Source: a virus (lineage: Duplodnaviria > Caudoviricetes). Taken from it: a stretch of DNA of 64,000 nucleotides. Numbering within the stretch: position 1 is the first letter of the stretch; each line of letters starts with the position of its first letter. The notes under the pieces are model-generated. The model was not told the DNA's origin. It did not search any database and worked only from the letters and a program-made list of their open reading frames with translations. Shown here one piece after another: positions 27,729 to 37,917 of the stretch. The stretch lies in IMG/VR virus record IMGVR_UViG_3300021255_002694; one strand, given 5' to 3'. Both the position numbers and the translations under genes were made by a program.

Positions 27729-28459
27729 CAGGAGAGACAAAATCAACAAGAAATAAGTCAATCCTAGAAATGGAAGATAGACTAAACTATCTTGTGAAGA
27801 ACGATATTCAAAATGAAGAAATATATGTTATACTAAAAAACATGGCAAATATCTACATAAACCAGAATAAGTTTTTCTGTGGATACTACGGAGTAGAGGA
27901 AGTTTGTCATGATGTAGCGGCTGATCTTTGGATTCGTGTTATAAATGGTGCAACTGTAAATTCATGGATGTACTACATCGGAAAGATGATTAAGCTATCC
28001 TATGTTACAAACCAGAAAAATATTGAACACGAAGTAATAGATGTTCAGGATGATCCTGAATTGAGTGAAAGTATAAAACGAATGTGTGCTTCAAGTTCTC
28101 TATCAAATGTGAAAGATTTTGATGATATGGAACGAAACTTAATGCTTGATAATATTCCAAGTATGATCAGAGATGTAATGAATCATACTAAATTCAAGCC
28201 AAAGACAAAAGAGTTTGTAGCTGTATACAATAATGTATGTTTCAATCTGTATAATGACTTAAATAACAAAGACTATAAATACTTTAGAATTCCGGATGTT
28301 TTACATCCATACGTAAGCATTATAATAGAGCAGTTCAAAAAGGAATTTAGAAACTCTGGTTTCACTGATTCTATTTCAGATAATGTTGAAAATGATCTTG
28401 AGATGCAACTTGTAACAAACGAAGTCTTTATGAAAGAGAACAGCAAAAATAAGGCATAA
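27725..28459 (+). CDS. Hypothetical protein, possibly a divergent sigma-factor-like regulator
   Basis: EEVCHDVAADLWIRV...SWMYYI resembles sigma region 2 only weakly. Confidence 0.4.
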   Translation: MTGETKSTRNKSILEMEDRLNYLVKNDIQNEEIYVILKNMANIYINQNKFFCGYYGVEEVCHDVAADLWIRVINGATVNSWMYYIGKMIKLSYVTNQKNIEHEVIDVQDDPELSESIKRMCASSSLSNVKDFDDMERNLMLDNIPSMIRDVMNHTKFKPKTKEFVAVYNNVCFNLYNDLNNKDYKYFRIPDVLHPYVSIIIEQFKKEFRNSGFTDSISDNVENDLEMQLVTNEVFMKENSKNKA

Positions 28460-28474
28460 GCGAGGTAGATTTCT

Positions 28475-28858
28475 GTGGCAGATAATTTTAACGATATAGT
28501 TTCAAATTTGAATAAACAGGATGTTTTTTCAATACTGTGTAGTTTTCTGTATGATCTGAAAGAAGTTCCTGAATACTCAACTCTATCAGAACTTTGTTAT
28601 GTTCTTGATGTTGAATCGTTCATGCACCTTATAAATTACTTTGCCGGAAGAACGATAAAGATTCCGGATAAAAAAGAACTTGCTGATCTAGTTCAGGTAT
28701 TACTTCTTTTCCAGTATTACGAAATCGAAAAAAGACCGTGGAAAGATGCTGTCCTGTTAGCCGGATTTCCACCATCAAAGGGAAAGTTTGCAAAAAATCA
28801 ATTAGGCAGACTGAAAGAGACACTTAAAAAGTATAATTTTGGTAATAGAACATACTAA
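28475..28858 (+). CDS. Mor-like transcription regulator
   Basis: LINYFAGRTIKIP resembles the Mor-family (F/Y)GGxxxYIP motif. Confidence 0.45.
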   Translation: MADNFNDIVSNLNKQDVFSILCSFLYDLKEVPEYSTLSELCYVLDVESFMHLINYFAGRTIKIPDKKELADLVQVLLLFQYYEIEKRPWKDAVLLAGFPPSKGKFAKNQLGRLKETLKKYNFGNRTY

Positions 28859-28872
28859 AGGGGTGTATTCGA

Positions 28873-29142
28873 TTGAGTGCTATTATTGACGGTTGTATTG
28901 ATATATTAAAAGTTGTAAACGATACACGAACACCTGAACAGATATTTGATGATTATGCGAAAGAGAAGATGATGAAAGTTTATTATTCAGAGGATTCTGA
29001 ATATAACTCACTATTATCAAAACTTGAGGCAAATATAAATTCACTTGAATATAATCAAGTAAAGGTATGTATCACAAAGATACTTAGACTACTTAACAGA
29101 AATGGACAAATCCTACTCCATAATTTAGAAAGGTTAGGTTGA
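28873..29142 (+). CDS. Hypothetical protein
   Basis: ORF within a tightly packed operon. Confidence 0.45.
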   Translation: MSAIIDGCIDILKVVNDTRTPEQIFDDYAKEKMMKVYYSEDSEYNSLLSKLEANINSLEYNQVKVCITKILRLLNRNGQILLHNLERLG

Positions 29143-29149
29143 TTGATTT

Positions 29150-29587
29150 ATGGCAAGATCAAAAAGAAGTTTATCTTCATCCGAAGCCAAAGAAATTGCA
29201 AAGGAAATGCAACTACTGTTTGATACAAAGTACAGAGATAACTTAAATTTTATGCGATTGCTTGAAATGTTACTTATTCAGAGAGTTGTTGAACAAACAT
29301 GTGATTTTGATGAGGACACACCGATATACTCAATGGCAACAAGCATTGAAATACCGCTTATTGGTGACTTGAAGATTATTCCAAGTATCTTTCATGAAGT
29401 ACACGGAACAACGAAGAAACCTTCATATCATTTTTCATTTGAGTTCACACCAAGTTCATCATTTAAGACTGATCTAATTCAAGCATATACTACAAAAGAT
29501 TCAGATATTCCAGAATATTTTTCATCTATGTATGGTGAACAACTTAAAAAGATATACAATGATATGAGGGGCGGTGAGGACAGATGA
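29150..29587 (+). CDS. Hypothetical protein
   Basis: ORF within a tightly packed operon. Confidence 0.5.
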   Translation: MARSKRSLSSSEAKEIAKEMQLLFDTKYRDNLNFMRLLEMLLIQRVVEQTCDFDEDTPIYSMATSIEIPLIGDLKIIPSIFHEVHGTTKKPSYHFSFEFTPSSSFKTDLIQAYTTKDSDIPEYFSSMYGEQLKKIYNDMRGGEDR

Positions 29588-30114
29588 GCGAGACTACAGA
29601 TACTAAAAAAGAGTTGAAATTAGGTGATTCTCAATCATCGAACTACGCCTTAATGAAATTGCTTGCAGACAATGACAGTACATCACCAATAGAAGTTGAC
29701 AGCAATGAAATGATGAATAAGACAAAGATGTTTCTCGTTGTATTTGCAAGAAATCAGCTAAATAGAATTATATATTTAACTAATTTTTTAGAGAGACTTG
29801 AATCTAAATTCATAGAGAGTGTTGATGAAGTTCTTGATACTGAACAAGATGCAATTCGTAAGATTGCAATGATCTCACAGGCAATGGAAACATTGTCAAA
29901 ATGTGTTGATAATGCAAATTCAACTGTTTTTCAGGTATTGAAAGATGATAAATTTAACAACATTACAATAAATACAACCAATATTATTACTCCTGATGGA
30001 AATTCTGCAACTATAATTGATGCAGATTCTCGTGATGAGGTTAGAAACCTTGCCGCAAGTCTGCTCGAACAGCTTTCAAAGATGGCTGTTGCAGAAAACG
30101 ATAAACAGGAGTGA
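29584..30114 (+). CDS. Hypothetical helical protein
   Basis: Coupled ORF (ATGA overlap). Confidence 0.5.
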   Translation: MSETTDTKKELKLGDSQSSNYALMKLLADNDSTSPIEVDSNEMMNKTKMFLVVFARNQLNRIIYLTNFLERLESKFIESVDEVLDTEQDAIRKIAMISQAMETLSKCVDNANSTVFQVLKDDKFNNITINTTNIITPDGNSATIIDADSRDEVRNLAASLLEQLSKMAVAENDKQE

Positions 30115-30120
30115 TAATAA

Positions 30121-30645
30121 ATGTTCGATGTATTCAATAAATTACATGATAATCGACAAAGTGACAGCGTACCGTATTTTTCATTCTATGATCTTGATGA
30201 TAACTTATTGCTTGGAAATATAAGTGTATCAATAGATGATAATGGTCAGTTTGATGCAATTACTGTAACTGATCCTGAAAGCGGTGAAGTAACAACATTT
30301 AGTAAAGATCAGTACACATACACAACCGAATGCTTGTATGTTTTAGGAATTGGGTTCTTACTTCCTGGCGACATTGTTAAATTGCATATAACAGATGACA
30401 AGGAATATGAGTTGCATTTTGGATGGCATACAAACATATCATCACAGACAATTTATTCATGGTATCTTGTAAGACATGATATTCAGGATTACTTCTATAA
30501 TGAAAGAAACGGTATTTTTCAATCAGTTGATCTTGTTGAAATGAATATGGAAAATAATGAAATTTTAACATTTTATAAGGAATTTCTTGAAACTATAGAA
30601 GTAGTGCAGTTTAGGAAAGATAGAGTGTCTTTTAACAAGATTTAA
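30121..30645 (+). CDS. Hypothetical protein
   Basis: GGAG RBS. Confidence 0.5.
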   Translation: MFDVFNKLHDNRQSDSVPYFSFYDLDDNLLLGNISVSIDDNGQFDAITVTDPESGEVTTFSKDQYTYTTECLYVLGIGFLLPGDIVKLHITDDKEYELHFGWHTNISSQTIYSWYLVRHDIQDYFYNERNGIFQSVDLVEMNMENNEILTFYKEFLETIEVVQFRKDRVSFNKI

Positions 30646-30650
30646 CGGCG

Positions 30651-32105
30651 GTGATAATATTGGCGAAACAAAGAACAAAGCCCATTGTTATACCTGATAG
30701 CATTCCAGATGATTTGAAAGAAGCAATACTTGGTAGTAAATATCCACATGTTGCTAGAGTTGCTGATCCACTATTGGTTAGAGTTGATCAGTTATCTCTT
30801 ATGGTTGCTGATGTAGTTTATCATGCTAGAATTAAACTAGGTCTTGGCGGCAAGGGCTTTTACATATATGCATCCGGACTTGGTACGGCAATATATGAAA
30901 ACATGTTTATGCATGATAAGAATGACGTAAAATTTAACGCTGAGTTTGGTGTTAGTTCTAATGACACAGATGAAAGTATACTATCAAAGATTGCAGAAAA
31001 AGCAGAAGATTGGTTAGACGCACTAGAAGTTGCAATAGCATCTAAACAGAGTGATAATCCGATAAAGAAAGCAATAGATCGTATGTGTTGGCAACTTCAT
31101 TATGATATAACAGAGTCACATGCTAATTTCCCTGTAATGTTTAAGTCAGACGATTTCTCAGATGTTAAAATTGACAGATATCCATTAGAAACCGAGTGGT
31201 GGGATGGTTGCACTTTAAAATCATCTATAAGCAATATTGCAGGAGTTACGTACAGGGATGATACAGTAACCGATCCTACAACGCATGAAACCATACATAA
31301 AATAGTTGTAGATAATAAAGGATATCTGAATGATTCAGCACAAAACTTGAAAAAATTGGATGATCACCTAAATGCTGGTGCATATAGTGATACAGAAGGT
31401 TCTATAAAGAAACTTGATGATCATTTTAACAACTCACAGACTGGCTCTATTACAAAAATGACATCTGCAATAGGAACATTTGACACTAATGCAACAACTA
31501 AGTTAGGAAGTATTGCAACTAAACTTGTTCCAGACGGTAACGATTATTATTCTATATCAGAATGTCTTAGAGATAAGCAAGCAATTAACGGAAAAACGAC
31601 ATTCTCTATTGCAAGATCACTTAGAGAGGGTAGTGAAGATTCCGTATCACAGGCTACATATGATCAAACACAACTTGAATCTCAGCGGTTCACGAACATT
31701 GATAATACACTTGGAACTCCAAGTGATTCAACAGCAAGTACAATATTTGGCTCTATAAGTTCAAATTCTTCTACTATAAATGGTAATATTTCTGATGCAC
31801 AGACAGCACTATCCGGAGATATTTCCGGTGCTGAAAGCAGTATAAATGGTAATATATCTGGTGTAAACGACACAGTAGGAGACATAAATAGAAACCTAGG
31901 AACAAAAGTTCTTGGTGATATTGGAGGAAATGTAAGCACAAAGACAGCTATGGATGTTTTAGCAGATATGCACTCTGCGCTGTTTGGTCATGAGTGTAAT
32001 ACAAATGATCTTGCATCTCACGATTATCGCGGTTCATACGGTATTGCTTGGGGACCAACATCTGGTTCTAATTCAACACTATATGTAAAATCTGTTGACC
32101 TATAA
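30651..32105 (+). CDS. Probable fibrous virion protein
   Basis: Repeats KKLDDH x2 and INGNIS x2, S/T/G-rich coiled C-terminal half. Confidence 0.5.
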   Translation: MIILAKQRTKPIVIPDSIPDDLKEAILGSKYPHVARVADPLLVRVDQLSLMVADVVYHARIKLGLGGKGFYIYASGLGTAIYENMFMHDKNDVKFNAEFGVSSNDTDESILSKIAEKAEDWLDALEVAIASKQSDNPIKKAIDRMCWQLHYDITESHANFPVMFKSDDFSDVKIDRYPLETEWWDGCTLKSSISNIAGVTYRDDTVTDPTTHETIHKIVVDNKGYLNDSAQNLKKLDDHLNAGAYSDTEGSIKKLDDHFNNSQTGSITKMTSAIGTFDTNATTKLGSIATKLVPDGNDYYSISECLRDKQAINGKTTFSIARSLREGSEDSVSQATYDQTQLESQRFTNIDNTLGTPSDSTASTIFGSISSNSSTINGNISDAQTALSGDISGAESSINGNISGVNDTVGDINRNLGTKVLGDIGGNVSTKTAMDVLADMHSALFGHECNTNDLASHDYRGSYGIAWGPTSGSNSTLYVKSVDL

Positions 32106-32117
32106 GGGTGATATAAA

Positions 32118-32726
32118 ATGTCAAATATATTAGAAATAGGATATATAGAGTATTCAGATCAAGCAAAAAGGGTTAATTGGAATCAACTGCTCCGTGCAAG
32201 GGCAGATAATCCAAATCTCAGAATTTATGTTCAACCTTACAATGATACTGATTCTACTGGCGCACAAGATACATTTATTGCGACAAAGATCATGATTGTT
32301 GACTACAATACAAATGATGTTTATTTTACTGTGTTTGCAGAAATATTGCAAACATCAGAATCAATGATTCCTGTTTCTGCATCTCCGGATGCAGACAGGA
32401 TTATTGATATGATAAATTCATACGGATTTAATGTAAGATTATCTGAGCCTACTCCGATAACAGACAGAGTTCTAACAATCCTAAGAGGTCTATATGCTTC
32501 TGGATATCTTTATGTATATAGAGACTATATTAACACAAGAACAACTAGAACAACATCTGTAATCTATGCATCAGATCAGATAAAATTAAGAAAAACAGGA
32601 TTCAATATAACCAAAACTCCGGATTTTGTTGAAGATGATTGGGATTGGTGTAAACCAAATTATGCTTATCCAATAAAAGACTTGATTGAAAATGGAACTG
32701 TGAATAATGGACAGCCTATTACTTGA
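32118..32726 (+). CDS. Hypothetical protein
   Basis: GGGTGA RBS. Confidence 0.5.
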   Translation: MSNILEIGYIEYSDQAKRVNWNQLLRARADNPNLRIYVQPYNDTDSTGAQDTFIATKIMIVDYNTNDVYFTVFAEILQTSESMIPVSASPDADRIIDMINSYGFNVRLSEPTPITDRVLTILRGLYASGYLYVYRDYINTRTTRTTSVIYASDQIKLRKTGFNITKTPDFVEDDWDWCKPNYAYPIKDLIENGTVNNGQPIT

Positions 32727-33087
32727 TTCAAGTATTTCCGGAATAGAAAATGGTTATTATATATCTTGTTACTATGTAATTGATAATCACTTACGGTACA
32801 TATCTTTATGTGACGCGAATTTATTTTATTTGCACTATGCTGATTCAGACTGTGTTGGAGAGAAGATAAAACAATCTTCAAATGAACACGAATTTGATGC
32901 ATACGTTTATAATCAAAATAAGCCAATATTCAGTATGTGCAGTAACTATGAGAACATTGACAATAAAAATATTCGCATTGTTAGCATAAAGACAAGTACA
33001 GGTAATCCGATTACTAGAAAACCTAAAACACCAGAAAATGTAAACATATTAACAAGGTATTCAAATAATAACAAAAAATTATTTTGA
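32707..33087 (+). CDS. Hypothetical protein with C-terminal KKLF tag
   Basis: Ends NNNKKLF, like the methyltransferases. Confidence 0.5.
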   Translation: MDSLLLDSSISGIENGYYISCYYVIDNHLRYISLCDANLFYLHYADSDCVGEKIKQSSNEHEFDAYVYNQNKPIFSMCSNYENIDNKNIRIVSIKTSTGNPITRKPKTPENVNILTRYSNNNKKLF

Positions 33088-33102
33088 AAGGATTGATGCC
33101 TT

Positions 33103-33843
33103 GTGGCTAGACAATCTAAGAAAGTAGCAGAATCGCAATTCAACACAACTGATGCACCTGAAACACTACATGAACATCCATTTTACGGATTTCAACTTGA
33201 TGCGGATCAACGATACTATGTTGACAGTATTTGGGACAAATCAAAGCTGCTGATATTCAGTAACAGTTGTGCTGGTACTGGAAAAACAACGCTTGCTTTT
33301 GCTACTGCAAACCTACTTTATCAACATGGATTTTATAAGAACATAATATATGTTGTAAGTCCATACGGAGAGAGTAAGCAAGGATTTCTCCCTGGCGACA
33401 TTACAGAGAAATCAGAGGTTTATTTTGAACCGATCTATCAGGCGATAATTAAATGTGGATTGATGCCTGAAAGAGTTATATATAATGAATCACTTACAGC
33501 AAAATCTGATAAAACAGAGGGCTGTGGATATGTTAAATGTTTAACACATACATATCTACGTGGAACTAATTTTGATGAGTCAGTAGTGATACTAGATGAA
33601 AGTCAGAATTATAGTTTTGATGATCTACAGAAAACACTTACAAGAGCAAACGATACATGTAAGATAATTGTCGTAGGTCATACGGGACAGCGTGACACGA
33701 ACGATCAATCTTGTGGATTTGAAAAGTATTTAGAGTATTACAAACAAATGGCAGATGATGGAGAAGAACGTGTTGCAATATGCCCACTTACAAAGAACTA
33801 TCGCGGTTGGATCAGTAGCACCGCAGATAGATTGAAGCCTTAA
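33103..33843 (+). CDS. phoH: PhoH-family ATPase
   Basis: AGTGKT, GFLPGD, YLRGTNF, ILDESQN, LTR, GHTGQRD. Confidence 0.92.
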   Translation: MARQSKKVAESQFNTTDAPETLHEHPFYGFQLDADQRYYVDSIWDKSKLLIFSNSCAGTGKTTLAFATANLLYQHGFYKNIIYVVSPYGESKQGFLPGDITEKSEVYFEPIYQAIIKCGLMPERVIYNESLTAKSDKTEGCGYVKCLTHTYLRGTNFDESVVILDESQNYSFDDLQKTLTRANDTCKIIVVGHTGQRDTNDQSCGFEKYLEYYKQMADDGEERVAICPLTKNYRGWISSTADRLKP

Positions 33844-33850
33844 TGTAATT

Positions 33851-33891
33851 AAAAATGTGTGTCTGCTAAACAATGTAGACACACATTTTTT
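33851..33891 (+). terminator. Rho-independent terminator (possibly bidirectional)
   Basis: AAAAATGTGTGTCTGC/GTAGACACACATTTTT. Confidence 0.7.
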
Positions 33892-33923
33892 ATATTGTTT
33901 AACATAAAAATATTTGAAATCAC

Positions 33924-33952
33924 TTGACATTTTTATCTGATTATGATATAAT
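33924..33952 (+). promoter_or_regulatory. SigA-type promoter
   Basis: TTGACA-17-TATAAT with TG. Confidence 0.8.
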
Positions 33953-33991
33953 AAAATAGAGCGGATTTTTCATAAATGTGTGGTGATTTAA

Positions 33992-36154
33992 TTGGAACAA
34001 AAATATTCAGAATTTTTTGATATTCTTCCGAAACATGCTCTTTTACCTATAATCAGACTTGTTCCATCAAAGTTTACTAAGATTACATCTGATCTACTTG
34101 CGTATGTGTTCATACAGCAAGGTGTCGTAAAAAAGATTGTTCTTGATAATCTAAAAGAATCAGCGAACAGGATAGTCAAACAACAATTAAATCCAGTTGG
34201 TAAATCTGATGATAGTTCAGATATTATGTCAATGGATGTTTCAGATGAATGTAAGATACTGCTTGATAGTTTTCTGTATTTTAAGTCACGCTATGAATCA
34301 ACAATAACATCCGATATACTTACGGCATACGTAACTTATATAATGATTTCAGATCAGAGAATAAGTTGTTCTCGCTTTTTCAAAGACTGTTTATATGTTA
34401 AAGAGTATACAAATGTGATAAACTCTTTATATAGTCAACTATCTGAATTTGTTGGAGTTACGAGATCGGATGTTCTTATTGACTACGGGGAGTATTTAAC
34501 TGATCCACTCATATATAAGCACTATGACTACTACGGCAGAGATAGTATTGTTGAGGAATGTATTGACGTTTTATGTAGGTACAGTAAGGCTAATCTTGCT
34601 CTTGTCGGAAATGCCGGAGTTGGAAAAACAAGTATAGTGTATGAAATTTGTAATGTCATTTCATCTGATGCATGTCCAGATCAACTGAAAGCATATAATG
34701 TATTTGCATTAGATGTTACAAAATTGACAAGTGGAACAACATTTAGGGGCGATCTTGAAAAGAGACTTGATACAGTAATATCTGAACTTAAAGATCATAA
34801 AAACATAATATTGTTTGTCGATGAGATGCAGTATATAGTAGGAAAAGACTCAGACTCTAAAACATTGCAAGGTGCATTGAAACCATATTTATCTGAAAGT
34901 TCAAAAGTAATAGGATGTACAACAGAGGAAGAATATAAATCTATTGAATCAGATCATGCATTTGAACGGAGATTTACAAAAGTAGTTGTTCCGGAAATGA
35001 CAGTAGATGAAACAATAGATGTACTTATGAATAAGTTAAATACTTATATAAAACACCACGATGCATATATAGACGATGAACTTGTAAAATACCTTGTAAT
35101 GAAGTGTGATCTGTGCATAAGAAATAGGTATTTTCCAGATAAGGCGTTTGATATACTTGATAAGGCTCTTGTGATGTGTTCGCATAGAGATAATAGAATT
35201 GTGACAAAAGATGACATTGATCTTACAATAAATCAGTTCTGCAATACGAGAAGCGCGAATGACATTGAGTATGTGAATAATGCAGAAAAAGAGATAAAAT
35301 CTTTATTGTTCGGTCAAGATCATATAATAAAAAGTGTGTGCAACTATCTAAGAAGATATGCTTTACACGTAAATGATCATGAAAAACCTATAGCAAATCT
35401 GTTATTTGTAGGTCCAACTGGAACAGGAAAAACGGAACTATGTATTCAGATCGCAAAGAAGTTTTTTACTGACGAAAGTTTTATACGGTATGATATGTCG
35501 GAGTTTATGGAACCTCATTCTGTTTCAAAGATAGTAGGTTCTCCGCCAGGATATGTTGGATATGATCGCGGCGGATCACTAACTGAAAAGGTAAAACATA
35601 ATCCATATTCGATAGTGTTGTTTGATGAAATTGAAAAGGCGCATAAAGATGTTGTCAATATCTTATTGCAAATTATGGATGATGGCAGACTGACAGATTC
35701 TTTTGGAACAACAGTAGATTTTAGAAATTGCATCATTGTAATGACTTCTAATATTGGATGTAAAGAGTACATGAATAAAAATCCACTTGGATTTTCTGAC
35801 AACGTAAAAACGGATAAATCAATAATCCGCAAATCTTTAATGGATTTTTTCGCACCGGAATTTCTAAATAGATTAGATGATATAATGTACTTTAATCCAA
35901 TAACAAGCGATATATTTGATAGCATATTCAATAAAAATGTAAGATGTTTTATTGATCGCTATAAAAACGAGGGAATAACACTTGATATTGATGAAAACAC
36001 ACTCAGTTCACTGAAAACTTTATGTTTTAATGAGAAGAATGGTGTCAGATATATTAAAAATAAGATCGCACAAAAATTAGAACCGTATATATTTGATTCA
36101 ATAAGTTCTGGCAGTAAGTTCATAAAACTTAATAATCTTGATTTTAAGGAGTAA
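33992..36154 (+). CDS. ClpA/ClpC-type double AAA+ ATPase
   Basis: GNAGVGKT, FVDE, AFERRF, RYFPDKA, GPTGTGKT, DMSEF, PPGYVGY, FDEIEKAH, PLGF loop. Confidence 0.92.
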   Translation: MEQKYSEFFDILPKHALLPIIRLVPSKFTKITSDLLAYVFIQQGVVKKIVLDNLKESANRIVKQQLNPVGKSDDSSDIMSMDVSDECKILLDSFLYFKSRYESTITSDILTAYVTYIMISDQRISCSRFFKDCLYVKEYTNVINSLYSQLSEFVGVTRSDVLIDYGEYLTDPLIYKHYDYYGRDSIVEECIDVLCRYSKANLALVGNAGVGKTSIVYEICNVISSDACPDQLKAYNVFALDVTKLTSGTTFRGDLEKRLDTVISELKDHKNIILFVDEMQYIVGKDSDSKTLQGALKPYLSESSKVIGCTTEEEYKSIESDHAFERRFTKVVVPEMTVDETIDVLMNKLNTYIKHHDAYIDDELVKYLVMKCDLCIRNRYFPDKAFDILDKALVMCSHRDNRIVTKDDIDLTINQFCNTRSANDIEYVNNAEKEIKSLLFGQDHIIKSVCNYLRRYALHVNDHEKPIANLLFVGPTGTGKTELCIQIAKKFFTDESFIRYDMSEFMEPHSVSKIVGSPPGYVGYDRGGSLTEKVKHNPYSIVLFDEIEKAHKDVVNILLQIMDDGRLTDSFGTTVDFRNCIIVMTSNIGCKEYMNKNPLGFSDNVKTDKSIIRKSLMDFFAPEFLNRLDDIMYFNPITSDIFDSIFNKNVRCFIDRYKNEGITLDIDENTLSSLKTLCFNEKNGVRYIKNKIAQKLEPYIFDSISSGSKFIKLNNLDFKE

Positions 36155-36158
36155 TTTT

Positions 36159-36452
36159 ATGAAATCACATGTAAGAGAAAATATTGAAAAAGCAGTGCTT
36201 TCATATCATATGAAAGAAACACCTGTAGACGGAGGAAAGCTAATAGAACCATCACACTATATAACTAATGATATACTTGCAAGAAGAACACCTAATATTG
36301 AATACAGTAATTGGTATATAGATGATAGTGGTGTATGGTTTGTGACAGTTAAACATAAACCGTCAGGAAAGGAACAAATCATTCAAGGTTCAGATATGAA
36401 TGACTGTGTTAAATTTGCTGAAAGTCTTTTTAGAAACGAACAGCCCGTTTAA
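36159..36452 (+). CDS. Hypothetical protein
   Basis: AAGGAG RBS. Confidence 0.5.
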   Translation: MKSHVRENIEKAVLSYHMKETPVDGGKLIEPSHYITNDILARRTPNIEYSNWYIDDSGVWFVTVKHKPSGKEQIIQGSDMNDCVKFAESLFRNEQPV

Positions 36453-36466
36453 GGAGTTGATTAAAA

Positions 36467-36865
36467 ATGACTGTTGATGAGTGTTCAAAAATGTTTAATT
36501 CTATACTTGATAGTAACATATCAACAGTCGGATTGATCTTACCTGTAACAGATGTTTATGGAAAAGATGAATCGGAATGTCTAAATGATCTTGCATACAG
36601 GCTTCAAATAGAATTTGGAAAAACTGTTGTTTTATTATCATATGATCACATTGAATCAGAACTTGATACATATACAAAATCAGATGATCCACATATATTT
36701 GTTCCAAAGTATGCTGATAGTAAATATGTTTTCATCTGTCTGTTCAAGTCTCCTTACTTTAAGCAAGATAATACATGGTATATTGAGACTGTTAATATGT
36801 TGACATACTATAGAAAACAATTTTTCGGATTCTCAACAAATGATACAAGACTATCTGTATTTTAA
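36467..36865 (+). CDS. Hypothetical protein
   Basis: AAGGAG RBS. Confidence 0.5.
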   Translation: MTVDECSKMFNSILDSNISTVGLILPVTDVYGKDESECLNDLAYRLQIEFGKTVVLLSYDHIESELDTYTKSDDPHIFVPKYADSKYVFICLFKSPYFKQDNTWYIETVNMLTYYRKQFFGFSTNDTRLSVF

Positions 36866-36892
36866 CGAAAAATATTCTTAAAAAATAAACAT

Positions 36893-36955
36893 ACTATAAC
36901 TATAATTCGTGTCAAGAGACTGCTTTTGATACGAATTATATTTTTAATTGAAAGG
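36893..36955 (+). promoter_or_regulatory. ACTATA-hairpin-GAAAGG leader (putative phage late promoter/leader)
   Basis: ACTATAATTCGTGT, hairpin 36901-36940, RBS GAAAGG. Recurs at 49139, 49583, 50136 and 52836. Confidence 0.55.
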
Positions 36956-36965
36956 TTGATTATAT

Positions 36966-37898
36966 ATGATAAAATTAAACAGAAAGTTGAAAGAATCTTA
37001 TAATGGTAATGATGTTGTGATATTCTATCGTGGTAAGGAGATTTACAGGGGTTCATTTACAAGAGCATTAACGATCACAGTAAAGGATTACATTATTAGA
37101 GATCGAGCATTTAGATCAGATGTTGTAGATTATTGCAATTCTTTTGGTGATCCACTTGTAGATGAGCGTGATAGTGCTTTTGATATTGCAGATGCTTTCC
37201 ATCAGCTTATTTTTGCAGAGTTAAATGACTATAGTGATGATGGTTGTGTTGGAAACGAGTCAGGAACTATTGAAGTATGTACAGTAGATCAAATTGATGA
37301 AGCAACTCATAGAACACTTAATCCACAATATGATTCAAGAAAATCATTCTATGGAAAGGCTCATGTTGTTGATGATTCTGATGGTTCTCAGATTCTTTAT
37401 TCTTATGATACTCCTGTATGTAAGATAAATGATCGCGGAGAGGTTGAACTTTTAGCACAGTGGGATGCATCACAAACAACTCTAAGACATGTAAAAGAGT
37501 TCTTACAGCAGAACGGTTTTAAAGTTGGTTCTAAATCTCAAATTGCATCTATGTATGGAAAGAAAGTTGAGAGAGTTTCAAGAAAGAATCGTAAACTTGT
37601 GCGTGAAGCTGATTATTCTCCAAGTTATGATGATCTTGCAGATAGACCTTATATGGATTATGATGGACTTGATGATGCTGTGAATAATACGAAGGAACTT
37701 GTTTCTGTTCTTGCAGATTTCAAAGACTATGCAGATTCTATTGTAGCTGTGAAGTTTGAAGATTATAATGATGCAGTAGAAGCATTTAGTGGTCCGTCAG
37801 ATGCAGATGCTTATGCACGTAAGATTTCATCTTTAACAAAATCCGCTCGTAGACTTTCAGATGAATTTGAGGAAATTGTAAATAGATTTGATCTATAA
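36966..37898 (+). CDS. Acidic multidomain protein, putative processed internal head protein
   Basis: MIKLNRKLKES N-terminus, internal RKNRKLVREA linker, SRKSFYGKA...YSY...SQTTLRHVKEF phage domain. Confidence 0.55.
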   Translation: MIKLNRKLKESYNGNDVVIFYRGKEIYRGSFTRALTITVKDYIIRDRAFRSDVVDYCNSFGDPLVDERDSAFDIADAFHQLIFAELNDYSDDGCVGNESGTIEVCTVDQIDEATHRTLNPQYDSRKSFYGKAHVVDDSDGSQILYSYDTPVCKINDRGEVELLAQWDASQTTLRHVKEFLQQNGFKVGSKSQIASMYGKKVERVSRKNRKLVREADYSPSYDDLADRPYMDYDGLDDAVNNTKELVSVLADFKDYADSIVAVKFEDYNDAVEAFSGPSDADAYARKISSLTKSARRLSDEFEEIVNRFDL

Positions 37899-37917
37899 TC
37901 TAATGAGGTGGGTACTT

